From NCBI RefSeq assembly GCF_963921235.1, contig NC_086097.1, positions 151,716,001 through 151,780,000 of the forward strand: a stretch of 64,000 bases of DNA. The letters run 5' to 3'. The position numbers were made by a program, and so were the translations under genes. This DNA is from Mobula hypostoma. Taxonomy: Eukaryota. Shown here one piece after another: positions 26,867 through 39,851 of the stretch; the stretch's first letter is position 1; every line of letters begins with the position of its first letter. Below the pieces are notes generated by a model. It ran no database searches. It saw only the letters and a program-made list of their open reading frames with translations, and was not told the DNA's origin.

Positions 26867-27004
26867 CATCCTCAAGATGTGCAGGTTGGTAGGTTAATTA
26901 ATAAATGCAAATTATTCCTAGAGTTGTAAAACCTGGGAGGAGTTGATAAAAATCTAGGGAGAAAGGGTTACAAAGAAAAAGTATTGCTGTGTGATTTGGC
27001 ATAA

Positions 27005-30000
27005 CCTCAGGATTGCTGCCTGTTCACGTGATAGTGAGGATAGGAATAGAATGAGGTGGAGGATAAACGCGTGGCTGAAGAATTGGAGCGGGGGCAGGGA
27101 TTCAGACTTCTGGATAATTGGGACCTGTACAGAAGAAATGGGTTGCATTTGAATCCAAAGGGGACCAATATTCTTGGAGGCAGGCTTGCTAGAGCTGTTG
27201 GAAGTGTTTTAAACTAATATGGCAGGGGTATAGGAACCAGTATGATAGAGCTGAGGATGAGCCAGCAGGTTTTCAAGTAGATGAAGTAATATATAACATG
27301 AATGTAAGGAAGGACAAGCCAGTGATTGGGTACAACTGCAGACAGAGCAAAGAGTTAATTTGCACCACAGAAGCAAAATTCATAAGGGCAAAGAATCCAG
27401 GACTGAAGGTGCTGTATTTGGATGTACGTAGTGGAATAAGGTGGATGAACTCGTGGCGCAATTAGAGACTGGTCAGTATGACATTATGGGCATCACTGAA
27501 TCGTGGCTGAAGACAGCCTTAGTTGGGAGTTTAACAACAAAGGATATACTTTCTATTGAAAGGACAGGCAGGAAGGCATAGGAAGTGGTGTGGCTCTACT
27601 GGTAAAAGATGGAATTGCATCTTTATAAAGGGGTAACACAGGGTCAGAAAATGTTGAATCTTTGTGGGTGAAGTTAAGAAATTGAAAGGGTAAAAAAACC
27701 ATTATGGAAATCATGTATAGGTCTCCAAATAGTAGCCAAGATGTGGGGGTGAGATTGCAAAGGGAGCTGGAAAGGGCATGTAATAATGGTAATGTCACAA
27801 TTGTAATGGAGCCTTCAACATGCAAAGGGATTGGGAAAATCAGATCGCAAGAGAGGGGATTTGCTGAATGCCTATGAGATGGGTTTTTAGAGCAGCTTGT
27901 GACTGAGCCTACTTGGCAAAAGGCTATCTTAGATTTGGTGTTGTGTAATAACCCAAACTTTATTAGCTTAATGTAAAGGAACCCTTAGGAGGCAGTGATC
28001 ATAATATGATTGAATTCTTACTGCAATTTGAGAGGGAGAAGCATAAGTGACCAGTATCAGTATCCCAATGGAATAAAGGGAATTACAGAGGCATGAGAGA
28101 GGAGCTTGCCCAGTTGGATTGGAGGGGGATATTGCCCGGGAAGACAGCGGAACAGAGATGGCTGAAGTTTCTGGGAATAGATCACAAGATGCAGGATAGA
28201 TATGTCCCACAGAAGAAATTGTTCTCAAGTGGCAAGTGTAGGCAAATGTGGCTGACAAGGGAAGTTAAGGTGTTAAAGCCAAGGAAAGGGCAAATAAAGT
28301 AGCAAAAGTGAGCAGAAAGTTGGGTGATTGGGAATGTTTTAAAATTCAACAAAAGGCAACTCAAAAAGCTATAAGAAGGGAAAAGATTAAATATGAGGGC
28401 AAACTAGTCGATAATATCAAGCAAGATCCTAAAAGTTTTTCCTGTTACATAAAGAACAAAAGGGAGGTGAGAGTTGATATTGGACCACTGGAAAATGATG
28501 CTGGTGAGGTAATAATGGGGGGCAAAGAAATGACAGATGAACTTAATAAGTACTTTGCTTCAGTAATTAATGGTGGATGACACTAGCTGTATGCCAGAAG
28601 TCTGTGAGTGTTAGGGAGCGGGAGTGAGTCCCATTGCTATTACAAAGGAAAATGTGCTGGACAAACTGAAAGGTCTGAAGGTGGATAAGTCACTTGGGCC
28701 AGATGGACTTCATCCCAGAGTCCTGAAAGAGGCTGCTGAAGAGATAGCGGATGCATTGGTCATGATCTTTACAATAATCACTTGATTCTGGCATGGTCCT
28801 GGAGGACTGGAAAATTGCAAATGTCACTCCACTCTTTAAGAAGAGAGGAAAACACTAGAAAGGAAATTATAGGCCAGTTAGCCTAAGCTCAGTGGTTGGG
28901 AAAGAGTTGGAGTCCATTATTAAGGATGACGTTTTGGGGTACTTGGAAACAAATAATAAAATAATTCAAATTTTCAGCATGGTTTCTGTAAAGGGAAATC
29001 TTGCCTGACAAATCTATTAGAATTCTTCGAGGAAGTAACAAGCAAGGTGCTTATGAAGAGGCGGTGGATGTCATTTACTTGGATTTTCAGAAGGCATTTG
29101 ATAAGGTGCCTCACATGAGGCTGTTTAACAAGATAAATTCCTATGATGTTACAGGAGATATACTGTCATGGATAGAGGAATGGCTGACAGGCAGGAGGCA
29201 GTGAGTGAGAATAAAGGTGGCTTTTTCAGGTTGGCTGCCAGTGACTTGTGCTGTTCCTCAGGGGCCTCTTTTGGGACTGCTACTTTTCACCTTGTTTATC
29301 AACAATTCAGTGGAATTGATGGCTTTGTAGCAACATTTGCAGGTGTTATGAGAATAGGTGGAGGAATAGGTAATGCTGAGGAAGCAATGCAATTGCAGCA
29401 GGAAGAACAAGTTGGAAGAATAGACAAAATGTGGCAGATGGATTGCGGTGTTGGGAAATATATGATAATGCATTTTGATAAAAGGAACAATAGTGCAGAC
29501 TACTATCTAAATGGAAAGAAAATTAAAGCATCAGAGGTGCTGTGGGACTTAGGAGTCCTCGTGCAAGACTCCCAGAAGGTTAATTTATGGGTTGAGTCTA
29601 TGGTAAAGAAGGCAAATACAATGTTGGCATTCATTTCAAGGGGAATAGAATATAAAAACAAGGAGATAATGCTGAAGCTCTATAAGGCTCTAGTCAGGCT
29701 GCACTTAGAGTATTGTCAACAATTTTGTGCCCCTAATCTCAGAAAGTATCTATTGTTATAGGAGAGTCCAGAAGAGGTTCACGAGGATGATTCTGGGTAC
29801 GAAGTGGTTAACATATGAGGAGTATTTGGCAGCCTTGGGTTTATACTTGCTGGAATTTAGAAGAATGTGTGAGAATCTCATTGAAACCTACTGAATGTTG
29901 AAAGGACTAGATAGGGTGGAGTGGAGAGGATGTTTCCTCTGGTGAGGGCATCCAGCACTAGAGGGCACAGCCTCAAAATTGTGGGGCGATCTTTTAGAAC

Positions 30001-30250
30001 AGGAGGAAATTTTTTAGCTGAAGAGTGGTGAATCTATGGAATACTCTGCCACAGACTGCACTGGAGACAAAGTCTGTGGGTATATTTAAAGCGGAAGTTG
30101 ATAGATTCCTGATGGGGTGGGGCATTGAGGTATATGGTGAGAGGGCAGGTGTATGGGGTGGAGTGGGCTCTGGGATCGGCTATGATGAAATGGCAGAGCA
30201 GACTTGATGTGCTGAGTGACCTAATTCTGCGCCTATGTCTTGTGGTCTAA
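27005..30250 (+). mobile_element. CR1 LINE, nearly complete ORF2 plus end of ORF1, degenerate
   Basis: ORF1 tail INAWLKNWS.GQGFRLLDNWD; endonuclease GITESWL, LGGSDHNMIEF; RT VIYLDFQKAFDKVPH, LHLEYCQQF; 3' UTR gcctatgtcttgtggtct. Confidence 0.95.
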
Positions 30251-30830
30251 CATTGACATGCCAAAATGAAATTTTTTCTGTTGTAAGGTAACAGGGTAGC
30301 TGCTTTAGTGAAGTACTACTAAAGTGATAACACAATTGTAATGTAGAAAACCTAGCATACAATTTGCTCACAACAAGCTGCCACAGAAAATATGTTATTT
30401 GTTAAATAATTGCTGGATGTTTATCTCTGGCCAGCAGCCCTGAATCCACTCTGTTGACAACTCTGCCTCCAAAATTTATTCCATTGTGACAGCTTTAGTG
30501 CTGACTACCAAGGATTAATTTCTAGATAACTCTTTCAGCAGTATTGATTAAGGGATATATATTGGCCAATTCACAGGGGATAACCATACTATTCACCGTT
30601 TGAAATAGTACTACATCCACCCAAGAGAGCAGCTGGAGTCTCATTTTAGTGACTTATCCAACGGAAAATATACTCATTAATGGTACAGCCCTCCCTCAGC
30701 ACTGCACTGAATTGTCAATATAGCTTGTGCGCCTACGTCTGTGCAGTCAGCCCTTTAAATCAGAGAGGAAGTTATAACAAACTGAACGATTGCACCAGTA
30801 CTTAGCAACTGCTGTGTTTGTTCTTCACAG

Positions 30831-30906
30831 GCCTTTGAGACACAATCTGTGCCCAAGGAAAACTGCACAAATGGCGGTGTTGGAGGGGAGAGGGTGGATT
30901 CTGGAG
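30831..30906 (+). other. Candidate 76-nt host-gene exon (gene unidentified)
   Basis: Strong acceptor tgtgtttgttcttcacag, donor GAG|gtattg; two open frames (AFETQSVPKENCTNGGVGGERVDSG or PLRHNLCPRKTAQMAVLEGRGWILE) in unique sequence. Confidence 0.35.
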
Positions 30907-31789
30907 GTATTGAATTTTAATTTATCAAGGAATGAAGATTGAAAAGTAATGGAAAAGCAAGCATTTTAGACAGCATCCAAGAAAAAGTATTTTTCATCTA
31001 GTGCACAGTTGATATTCTCTTTCTGTTCATTTCTAGTTGTTTTTCTTGCGGTATTTCGCTTGTTAATGCCAATTTCTTGGCACTTTTCATGATCATCCAA
31101 GTAATGATACAGTTTTGTTTCAACAATCTTTGTTGGAAAGATTTATGAGGAAAACAGTTAGTTCCCAAGACCGAGGTCACACAGAGGGCATGTCAATTGC
31201 TTTTTTTATAGCTTAGGAGGAAAGGGTCACTTACTTTGGTCCATGTGACTTCTAATAAGACACACAGTCCTTAAGTAGATTTGGAATCTGATGATCTGAA
31301 GTACTATTCCAAAAATTTACCCAATTTTAACAGATGTGAATACCTGCCAAAATGACCCCATGTTCCAATAAAGGCTTTGCTTATGAGGGCTGTTCAAAAT
31401 TTGAGAGGAAAGCACAAAGGAATCCTTTAGTCTGCCTCTTATCCATCCAGACCTTGCAGTTCTGCAGGAAACACTTCTGTAAACACTTCTGTATTTTGCT
31501 TCTACTTAGAATTCCATTCCAAGTATTATTTCCTGCTGATGTGAAAGAAACCTGGAAGAAGCTTGGATGACTGACTCCAGTTGGTGTGAAGTGCCACTGG
31601 TTTCTGGTCTGAAGTGCTGTTGAGGAGGCACTATTTAACAACATTTAACACACAACATGTTCGTGGAGACCTGGTGCTAAACTATTCATGGACAATATGA
31701 CTCTGACTGACGGCTTCGTATTCTGACTCAACTATCTCTCTCTGATATATTTGAAGTTGGCCACCAAACCAAAATCTTACTTTTAGCCT

Positions 31790-32030
31790 GGCATAGTGGC
31801 AAAACTAGTAGAGCGGCTGTCGCATGGTTCCAGCAAACTAGCTTCAATCCTGATCTGTGGTACTGGTTCTGTGGAGTTTGCACATCTCCCCTGTGATTGC
31901 TCTTGTTTTCTCCTATATTCCAAAAATGTGTAGGTAGGCATGTTAATTAGTCATTGTAAATTGCCCCAATTGAGCGCGTGAGTGACAGAATCAGATGGTT
32001 GATAGAAGTGTGGCGAGGATAAAAAAATGG
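31790..32030 (+). mobile_element. V-domain (HE1-like) SINE
   Basis: Decayed tRNA head, gtggagtttgcacatctcccctgtg, gtcattgtaaattgcccc; its 3' end is the target of the PLE palindrome. Confidence 0.7.
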
Positions 32031-32103
32031 GATTAATGTAAGTAACACCCATAAAAATTGCTGGTGAACGCAGCAGGCCAGGTAGCATCTATAGGAAGAG
32101 GTA

Positions 32104-32141
32104 CAGTCGACGTTTCGGGCTGAGACCCTTCGTCAGGACTA
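32104..32141 (-). ncRNA. Minimal type-I hammerhead ribozyme motif
   Basis: Minus strand UAGUC-CUGACGA-AGGGUCUCAGCCC-GAAA-CGUC-GACUG. Confidence 0.75.
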
Positions 32142-32463
32142 ACTGAAAGAAGAGATAGTAAGAGATTTGAAAGTGAGAAGGGGAGGGGGAGAGCCGAAAT
32201 GATAGGAGAAGACAGGAGGGGGAGGGATGGAGGCTAAGAGCTGGGAAGTTGATTGGCAAAAGGGATATGAGCGAATCCTGTGGGCTTTCCGCCTCCCCCT
32301 TTCTTTCTCCCGAGGCCTCCTGTCCCATGATCCTCTCATATCCCATTTGTCAATCAACTTTCCAGCTCTCAGCTCCATCCCTCCCCCTCCTGTCTTCTCC
32401 TATCATTTCAGATCTACCCCTCCCCCTTCCACTTTCAAATCTCTTACTATCTCTTCTTTCAGT

Positions 32464-32501
32464 TAGTCCTGACGAAGGGTCTCGCCCCGAAACGTCGACT
32501 G
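32464..32501 (+). ncRNA. Minimal type-I hammerhead ribozyme motif
   Basis: UAGUC-CUGACGA-AGGGUCUCGCCCC-GAAA-CGUC-GACUG. Confidence 0.75.
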
Positions 32502-33829
32502 TACCTCTTCTTATAGGTGCTGCCTAGCCTACTGCGTTCACCAGCAATTTTTATGGGTGTTGCTTGAAATTCCAGCATCTGCAGATTTCCTCCTGTTTGC
32601 AGATTAATGTAAGTGGTTGGATGTAGGCTGGTGTGGGATTTGAAAACCTACAGCATTAAAGATCTTCCACCTTTGTGCCGCAAATGTGCTGCATATCATG
32701 GTAATGAGTCAAAAGGTCAGGTTCTGATCCATGACTGATCATTGTTTGTGTCTGAGGAGCTGGGGATGGGAAATACTTGGTGCAAGTATTTCAGTGAATT
32801 GGTGTTAAAACGATTGGGAGCCATAGCATAAAAGTCAGAGTTAAGCATGTGCCCCAAATCTTCTTGTAGAAAATCTGTCTATTGTCACAGATTAGAGATT
32901 AATATTGCAAAACATTTTGCTTGTAGGTTAATTAAGTAGTGTATTAGTTCAGATGGGATGAGATGCAAATTAGGGAAGTGGGTGCAGTCATGACAGGCCT
33001 AAAGCATTTGCTCTTTGTTTAGTCTGTTCTTCATTAAGTTTTTAAATTTGATTACTCACCACAAATACTTAAAGCTCAAATGAGACATATCTGACATATG
33101 GCTTATTCCCTCCACATGATTCTACATAGTTTTTGACCAAAGAGCAAACATTATTTATTTTTAGAGGAAGCAGGTTAAAGCAAAGGAATCATTGAAATCT
33201 TGTTTCTATACCCAGTAATAATCTGATTTTGAACTACATGAAGCCTCATAAAATATATGTGAGAAATTTCCTCTGTCCTAATAGCAGAATGGTTTAAATA
33301 GATCTTTGGGAAAGACAAATCACATAGATAAATGCTCATTGAGAACACTGAGTCTTTATTTAGATACCTCAGTGACTGATCCACAAACAGTTCCTGTAGT
33401 GCCTTAGTTTAGCTCTCCCCTGTTATATTCTGAGAATATCATCATAATCAGTTCAGCAATGGAATACTGTGCAGAACCATTTTCTCATGCTTCATATACT
33501 CCATTTATGTAAATAGATAGCTGTATTATTTTCAAATACTATAGACATCCTAAAGAGATCTCCTGCTGGATATTTCATGCTGTTTCCATCATCTTGTTTG
33601 ATTGCCCTATAACATAAGTCACCAATGCTAATTTCAGAGTTAAACTCGTATTAAGTTATTTATGAAGGATTTTAAAATGCTATTTTCTGTTAATTTTTCT
33701 GACTTCATCTCACCAACAACCTTGAAATAAAACACAAAAAGCCTTTTTTTGAAAGTTGTTCTGTCACTTAACCATATGTGCTGTTTCACGTTTTGGTCCT
33801 ATGTTATTACTGCACTGGACACTATGAAT

Positions 33830-34262
33830 GTACTTTACTTTATACTTCATTGTCGCCAAACAATTGGTACTAGAATGTACAATCATTACAGTGATATTTG
33901 ATTCTGTGCTTCATACTCCCTGGATTACAAATATTAAATATCAAAAATAGTTAAAATTAGTGAATATTAAAAATTTAAATTATAAATCATAAATAGAAAA
34001 TTGAAACATGGGAAGTAAGGTAGTGCAAAAAAACTGAGAGGCAGGTCCGGATATTTAGAGGGTACGTTCAACAGTCTTATCACAGTTGGAAAGAAGCTGT
34101 TCCCAAATCTGGCTGTACGAACCTTCAAGCTCCTGAGCCTTCTCCCGGAGGGAAGAGGGACGAAAAGTGTGTTGGCTGGGTGGGTCGTGTCCTTGATTAT
34201 CCTGGCAGCACTGCTCCAACAGCATGTGGTGTAAAGTGAGTCCACAGATGGAAGATTGGTTT
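33830..34262 (-). mobile_element. Rex1/Babar LINE 3' end
   Basis: AARIIKDTTHPANTLFVPLPSGRRLRSLKVRTARFGNSFFPTVIRLLN; tail (aaagt)n. Confidence 0.9.
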
Positions 34263-35943
34263 ATTGAATTATGTAGAGGTTGATATCTTTCACATTCAAA
34301 TGTAAATGCCACTGAACTGAAGCTAAATGCTGAGAAATATTATTTTTCTAATCTAACTTCTGCATTTCATCTGTTTATTTTCATCTTGTTGGCACAATTC
34401 TTAATTTCTCTGGCAAACAAAAAAACATCTACATGTTTAACTGTGCGTGATTTCTCTGCCAGGAAAGTCTAATGCAAGACAGGGAACTGAAGGTTCTATA
34501 TCATTGGACTAGCTGACATTACTTTGAACCATCTAACCTCAGAAATAAGGGTCCTGGAATTAATGTTTCTTAATAGCAAGGAATTTCAGAACTGTTGATT
34601 ATCTTAAAATATATTGTAAATGAACTCTCCTTCAAGTTGTTCTGTTAGGATCCTGATTTGCTTTACTCATCTCCATATCCTTCTACCAATTTTACTCTCA
34701 TTTGATAACTCAATAAGATCTGTTTCTAGAAAGTCAATACTTTGGCCTATCCTGCTGTTCAACTATAAGAAATACACATTGCTGTTGTGTAACTCTTGGT
34801 TTCCTTGCAATATAACTGTGCTAAAGCTTATCAGCATTTCCAGTATATACCAAAGTTCAACCCAAAATGCAGTACAATTGGCAACAAGGACAGTTTCCAG
34901 TTCCATCATTTACACTGGTAGAAAAAAAAATTGTTGAAAGAAATATTGTTGTCGCCCCTCTAAAGAATTGGCCCTATATCGGGCTTGTAGAAAAGGTCCA
35001 GAGAAAACTCTGCAATGATGACTAAAAGCAGCAGGAAACAGCACCAAACATGGATGCTCCTGACTGCAGGTCCAGCGAACTTATTTAAAGGTTATCGATG
35101 GGTCAGCTCGGAGAAAGAGAAAGAAGTGAAGACGAGAGTAATCACACTTAACGCAGCGGCAGTTGCTGTTACATATACACGGATGGTTTAAAGATCAAAG
35201 CGGGGTGGACGGTGTTAGTTTGCAATCTAGTGAGGCAGGCATAGTGTAAAATAAAAACAGGTGGCTAAAGTGCTGCGGCCATGTTTTGATGAGAAAAGAA
35301 GCTGGGTGTTCAATGAGGCTTCCTTGTTAGCCTGAGGATATGTACAGTCTCATAAATTATTCATATGCCACCCAGAAATGTTTTTTTTATGACCGACAGT
35401 ATCATACTGTCCAGTGGAACATATTGTTGGGAATGTTCAGGCATTGAATGCTTCAGTGTGGGGAATGAAATTAAATATTGTGCTCCAGGACAAAACACAA
35501 ATACCAGTTTGGTAACCCCATAGAAAGCTAGAGATATCTATCTATAGCATGTATGTGCATAGAACATATCATATTGTAAAACTCTAAAACATCATTGTAC
35601 CCAAACACTGGTGGTTAATTGTTAGTTGATGACTTGAAAAAGAGAGGTTTTGTAAGCTCTTTCTGAAAGCGCATTTGTTGCAGTAGCTTTAAAAGAAGAA
35701 TTACAGGCATATTAAGGAAGGGTTAGATCTATCTTAGAGTAGGTTAAAAGTATGGCACACACCTGATACTGAAGGGCCTGGACTCGCTGTAGTGATCTAT
35801 ATTCTGTTATTATATTAGAGGAGATCATTCGGATATCAGAAGAGCACTTCAGTTCACAGAAAATGGGAGAAATAATATGTGATTATATTGTTATACTGAA
35901 GGCCCAATCAAGGCACTGGAAGATTTTAGGTTGTGCACGGTAA

Positions 35944-36930
35944 TGTTAGGAAATGTAGTGGAGGCTTGACCAAATGCAGAGCAGCGGGGACAAATCAGCA
36001 ATGACTGATAACTTTAATAATAGTCTGCAAAAATAACAAGCCAAGAGGGGCCACCAAGCATGAGAGAACTGATACTAAACACAACAGGCAACAAGGTAAC
36101 CGAAGGCTAGGAGCAACTGGTTGCGGCTGGATGGTTCATTGGGTGGATGAGAGCTGGGTTCAAATAGGCTGCAGGTGATGAGTTGGAAATGAAGGCAGAT
36201 GATTCTTATTAGCTGGGTGGAGACTGGGAAGAGCCTGCATGTGCAGACCTGACAATAAAAACCCCTTCATATGGCCAGCACCCAACGGCCCAGGACAATC
36301 TGAATGGGTCCAGTGTAACTCCTTGATGAACGGTGGATCTAAGATATAATTGAATAGCTCACAAGATTGCTCCTCTCCACCACATCCCTCCCCGGTGACC
36401 AGGTACTGCATACCTCATCCACAATGATGTGAATTCCTCAACTGGCAAACCAAATACATCGAACCATCTTCTACCATTCTTGGTTCAAGAGATGCAGGCT
36501 CAGGTGGCTTGTGTGATCAATGGACAATGGGCTTGAACCAGGACATGCAGAAGGTAAGCGTGATTCTGAGCGTTGGTGGCAGCTGGAGATGGGTTGATGC
36601 AATGGGTAATCCTAAAGGGACCAATAAACCACGGCGAGAGCTTATGGGAGTCAAAGCACAGGGGCAGATCCTGGGTGAGCAGCCAGACAGGGACCCAGAC
36701 TGGAGTAGTCTGGCTGGGGTGTGAACTGTGTTTAGTCCGGCAGCTAGGATGGCCTCTGTGCCCTTTCTAGCCTTGGTGAATCAAGGCCCTGGTTGATGGG
36801 ACTTCCACTGTTGTCTCCACCACGGGGAACAACGGGGGTCAGTAGCCATGAAGCCCTCCAAAGGGTGACATACCCGTGGCAGAGAAGGTATGTAGCTTGT
36901 AGGACGGCTCGGCTCAGGGCAGGTATTTCT
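35944..36930 (-). mobile_element. Chromoviral Gypsy LTR retrotransposon remnant: integrase C-terminus, chromodomain, PPT, 3' LTR (35944-36254)
   Basis: Minus strand SATGMSPF, KLSPWFIGPFRI (GPY/F), QYLVTGEGCGGEEQSCELFNYILDPPFIKELH (chromodomain); purine tract gaagggg; LTR bounded by tgttagg...cctgaca. Confidence 0.85.
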
Positions 36931-39393
36931 TCCATACAGAAGGAGAAAAGGTGGCAAAAATGAGATGTTTGATAGCAACCTGTAAATTTAAACATAAGGA
37001 AGCAAATAAAAGAGGACAAATTTCGATTGTTATAAATGGGGAATCTGCAAAATATTACAATAGCTGCAGCTGAAACCTATTTTACTTTGTATAACAAGAA
37101 ACCATTATGAGATGATGGAATTTTAAAGATACAGTCCTAAATGATGGCAATCCCTTAGTAATGCAAACCAAAAGACCTGTAGATTGTTTCATTATGAGGA
37201 AGGATATCCCGTTCTGTCAGTGTTAGTGTGGAGTACAATCAGTCTCAAGATTTATTTAAGGTTTTAAAAGCTTTGGAGCAGATGGAATGCTGGAATGTCA
37301 CAACGACCAGAATCTTGAGTTACCATTAGTTGTGGCATCCTATACCAAATGTCTAACTTTGTTGAACAAAGATTGTCTTGCAAACTTGAAATTAAATTGG
37401 AAAGACATATTCAGCATTTGACTAGATGATAAAGTCATCCTTGAGGACACTGTTGTCCAAATGTAATAACTTCTTCAAAAATGCCTACCCAAAAGTCATC
37501 CAGTACAGAATGGATACCCTGTGTATGGATTAAGCTTGCTGTTAAAACAAGGTGAGTTTTTAATTCCATGAAATAACAAGCGGAGGAAGAAGCTGAGAAA
37601 ATGGAAATACGTTTGTAGATAAAGCAACAGCAAGATTGAAACAGCAGGACGCATTGTAGTTATATTTAAATCAGACAGTCAACAATGAAAATTGCCTTTT
37701 AATGAAAATAGTTCTGGAAACTCTTATCAGAATCAGGTGAAATCTGTGGAAACATAAACTACATCACCACTTCAGATCAAAGACCTTTCATCAGAGTGAT
37801 TTACGCCGTCATCTTCCCAGGACCTGTGTGCAAGATTAAGTGATATAACAATGTTGAGGAATGTGATTTGTCACATGCTTACATACAATTGGACATGGAT
37901 GGGGAAGGCCTTTACTATAAATGAAGATTAAGGATTATAGTTTACACTAATTTGCCATAGGAGGTCAAATCCTTATCAATAATCTTCCAGTCCAGCATGA
38001 ACAAGATGATCTCCTCATTGCTACAATTAGTGCAGAGGATAATGTCAGCACTGTAGAATGGGTACTGAATTGCTTCACCAACTCAGGTTGAGATTGGAAC
38101 TATGTAGGTTTAAGTACATTGGGAGATAGTATAGTTCAGTAGGAAGGTAAATGTTAATGAGCTGGAATTTATTAAAGAAGGATTAATGTCAACATGAAAA
38201 GCAAGCATCCAGGGAATGTTACAGAGCATGACTTCTTTCTGAAATGATTTTTAATGTTATACCAGATATTGATAAAACCTAGCTATGGTAGTAACATTAT
38301 TACCTTGACTTGCTATAAAATACATGAAGTGGAATTGGCCTGAAACTCAAGCAAGAGCATTTAAACATTGTTAACACAATTTGAGTAGAGACCATTGATT
38401 CACTGCCTAAACCTCAATGCTTTTACTTCAAAGTTCAAAGTAAATTTATTATCAAAGTACATATTTGTCACCATATAAAACCCTGAGATTCATCTTCTTG
38501 CTGGCATACCCAGTAAATCCAAAAAACATAATAGAGTCAATGCACCCACCAGGATGGACAAACAACCAGTGTGAAAAACACAACAAACTATGCATATATG
38601 AAAGAAAACAGGAAAAAGAATAACAGGCATTAAAAATCTACACAACAGTCAGATAAAACTTCTTAGGATATACTTTCATTAACTAAAACAGAGAACAGAA
38701 TTCTACACAAGCTCACACAATTCTGATACACCACTAAACTTAAATGAGAGCTCAACCCAGAAAAATGAAGACATGATCACTTTCGAAGAAAAAGTTAACC
38801 AATGGAAGAGCAGGACCCTCCACGGAAGACATCCCCATGATCAGAACAGATAAGATGTCAGCAAGGAATGTTGAATGTGTTGCACAGAGTTGGTGATGTC
38901 TTTGCAGAAACAGAAGTGTTCCTTCAATACAAGATACAGGACTAGATGGTTAACACAAATAAAATATCAAAAATACATAATTTGAGGTGATAAACGTAGA
39001 AAATGCCAAGAAGAACCAAAAACAATCCAATGCATTACAGGATCCTGTAGCAGTTTAACTTTATCTGAATATTTACACAGCCACAATCAAGTGGCAAACA
39101 TCATTCATCAAAAATTTGCTTTAAAATACAAACTCATAAAAGAAATCCCACCTTACTATAAATGCAAGCCTGATCCAGTTTTAGAGTCAGAATACCACAA
39201 ATTATATTATGACCAATGTTCCCTCTAATTTTTAGTAGTCAGTGTGCACAAAAATCTTATGTTGTGCACATTTTTTTCCTGTGACAAAAGCATGTGCACA
39301 CTGAAAGCACGCATGGGACAGTTTATGTAGGTTTACAAAATATTTGACATAAAACTGCACTGAACAACAAAATAACATACATATTTAAGTCAC

Positions 39394-39851
39394 ACACACA
39401 AAAAATGCTGGTGAACACAGCAGGCCAGGCAGCATCTCTAGGAAGAGGTACAGTCGACGTTTCAGGCCGAGACCCTTCGTCAGGACTAACTGAAGGAAGA
39501 GCTAGTAAGAGAGTTGAAAGTGGGAGGGGGAGGGGGAGATCTGAAATGATAGGAGAAAACAGGAGGAGAGGGATGGAGCCAAGAGCTGGACAGTTGATTG
39601 GCAAAAGGAATATGAGGCTGGAGAAGGGAGAGGATCATGGGACAGGAGGCCTAGGGAGAAAGAAAGGGGAGGAAGCCCAGAGGATGAGAAAGGAGTTATA
39701 GTGAGGGGGACAGAGGGAGAAAAGAAAAAAAAGGGAAAGAAAAAAATCATAATCATAATAATGAATAAATAAATAAGGGATGGGGTACAAAGGGGAGGAG
39801 GGGGCATTAACAGAAGTTAGATGAGTCAATGTTTATGCCATCAGGTTGGAG
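39394..39851 (-). mobile_element. PLE 3' fragment (pLTR and last codons of GIY-YIG) inside the hAT
   Basis: LQPDGINIDSSNF end plus pLTR; 14-bp TSD catatttaagtcac (39380-39393 and 39867-39880). Confidence 0.9.
39451..39488 (-). ncRNA. Minimal type-I hammerhead ribozyme motif
   Basis: Minus strand UAGUC-CUGACGA-AGGGUCUCGGCCU-GAAA-CGUC-GACUG. Confidence 0.75.

Larger units (their letters stand above)
32044..32601. mobile_element. Fold-back PLE pLTR pair (two inverted pLTRs, no ORF)
   Basis: Left arm 32044-~32284 is the inverted copy of part of the right arm ~32285-32600; 13-bp TSD gattaatgtaagt (32031-32043 and 32602-32614). Confidence 0.92.

Noticed and set aside
30831..30906. Third frame with an early TGA read as selenocysteine
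   Set aside because: No recognisable selenoprotein motif and no SECIS evidence
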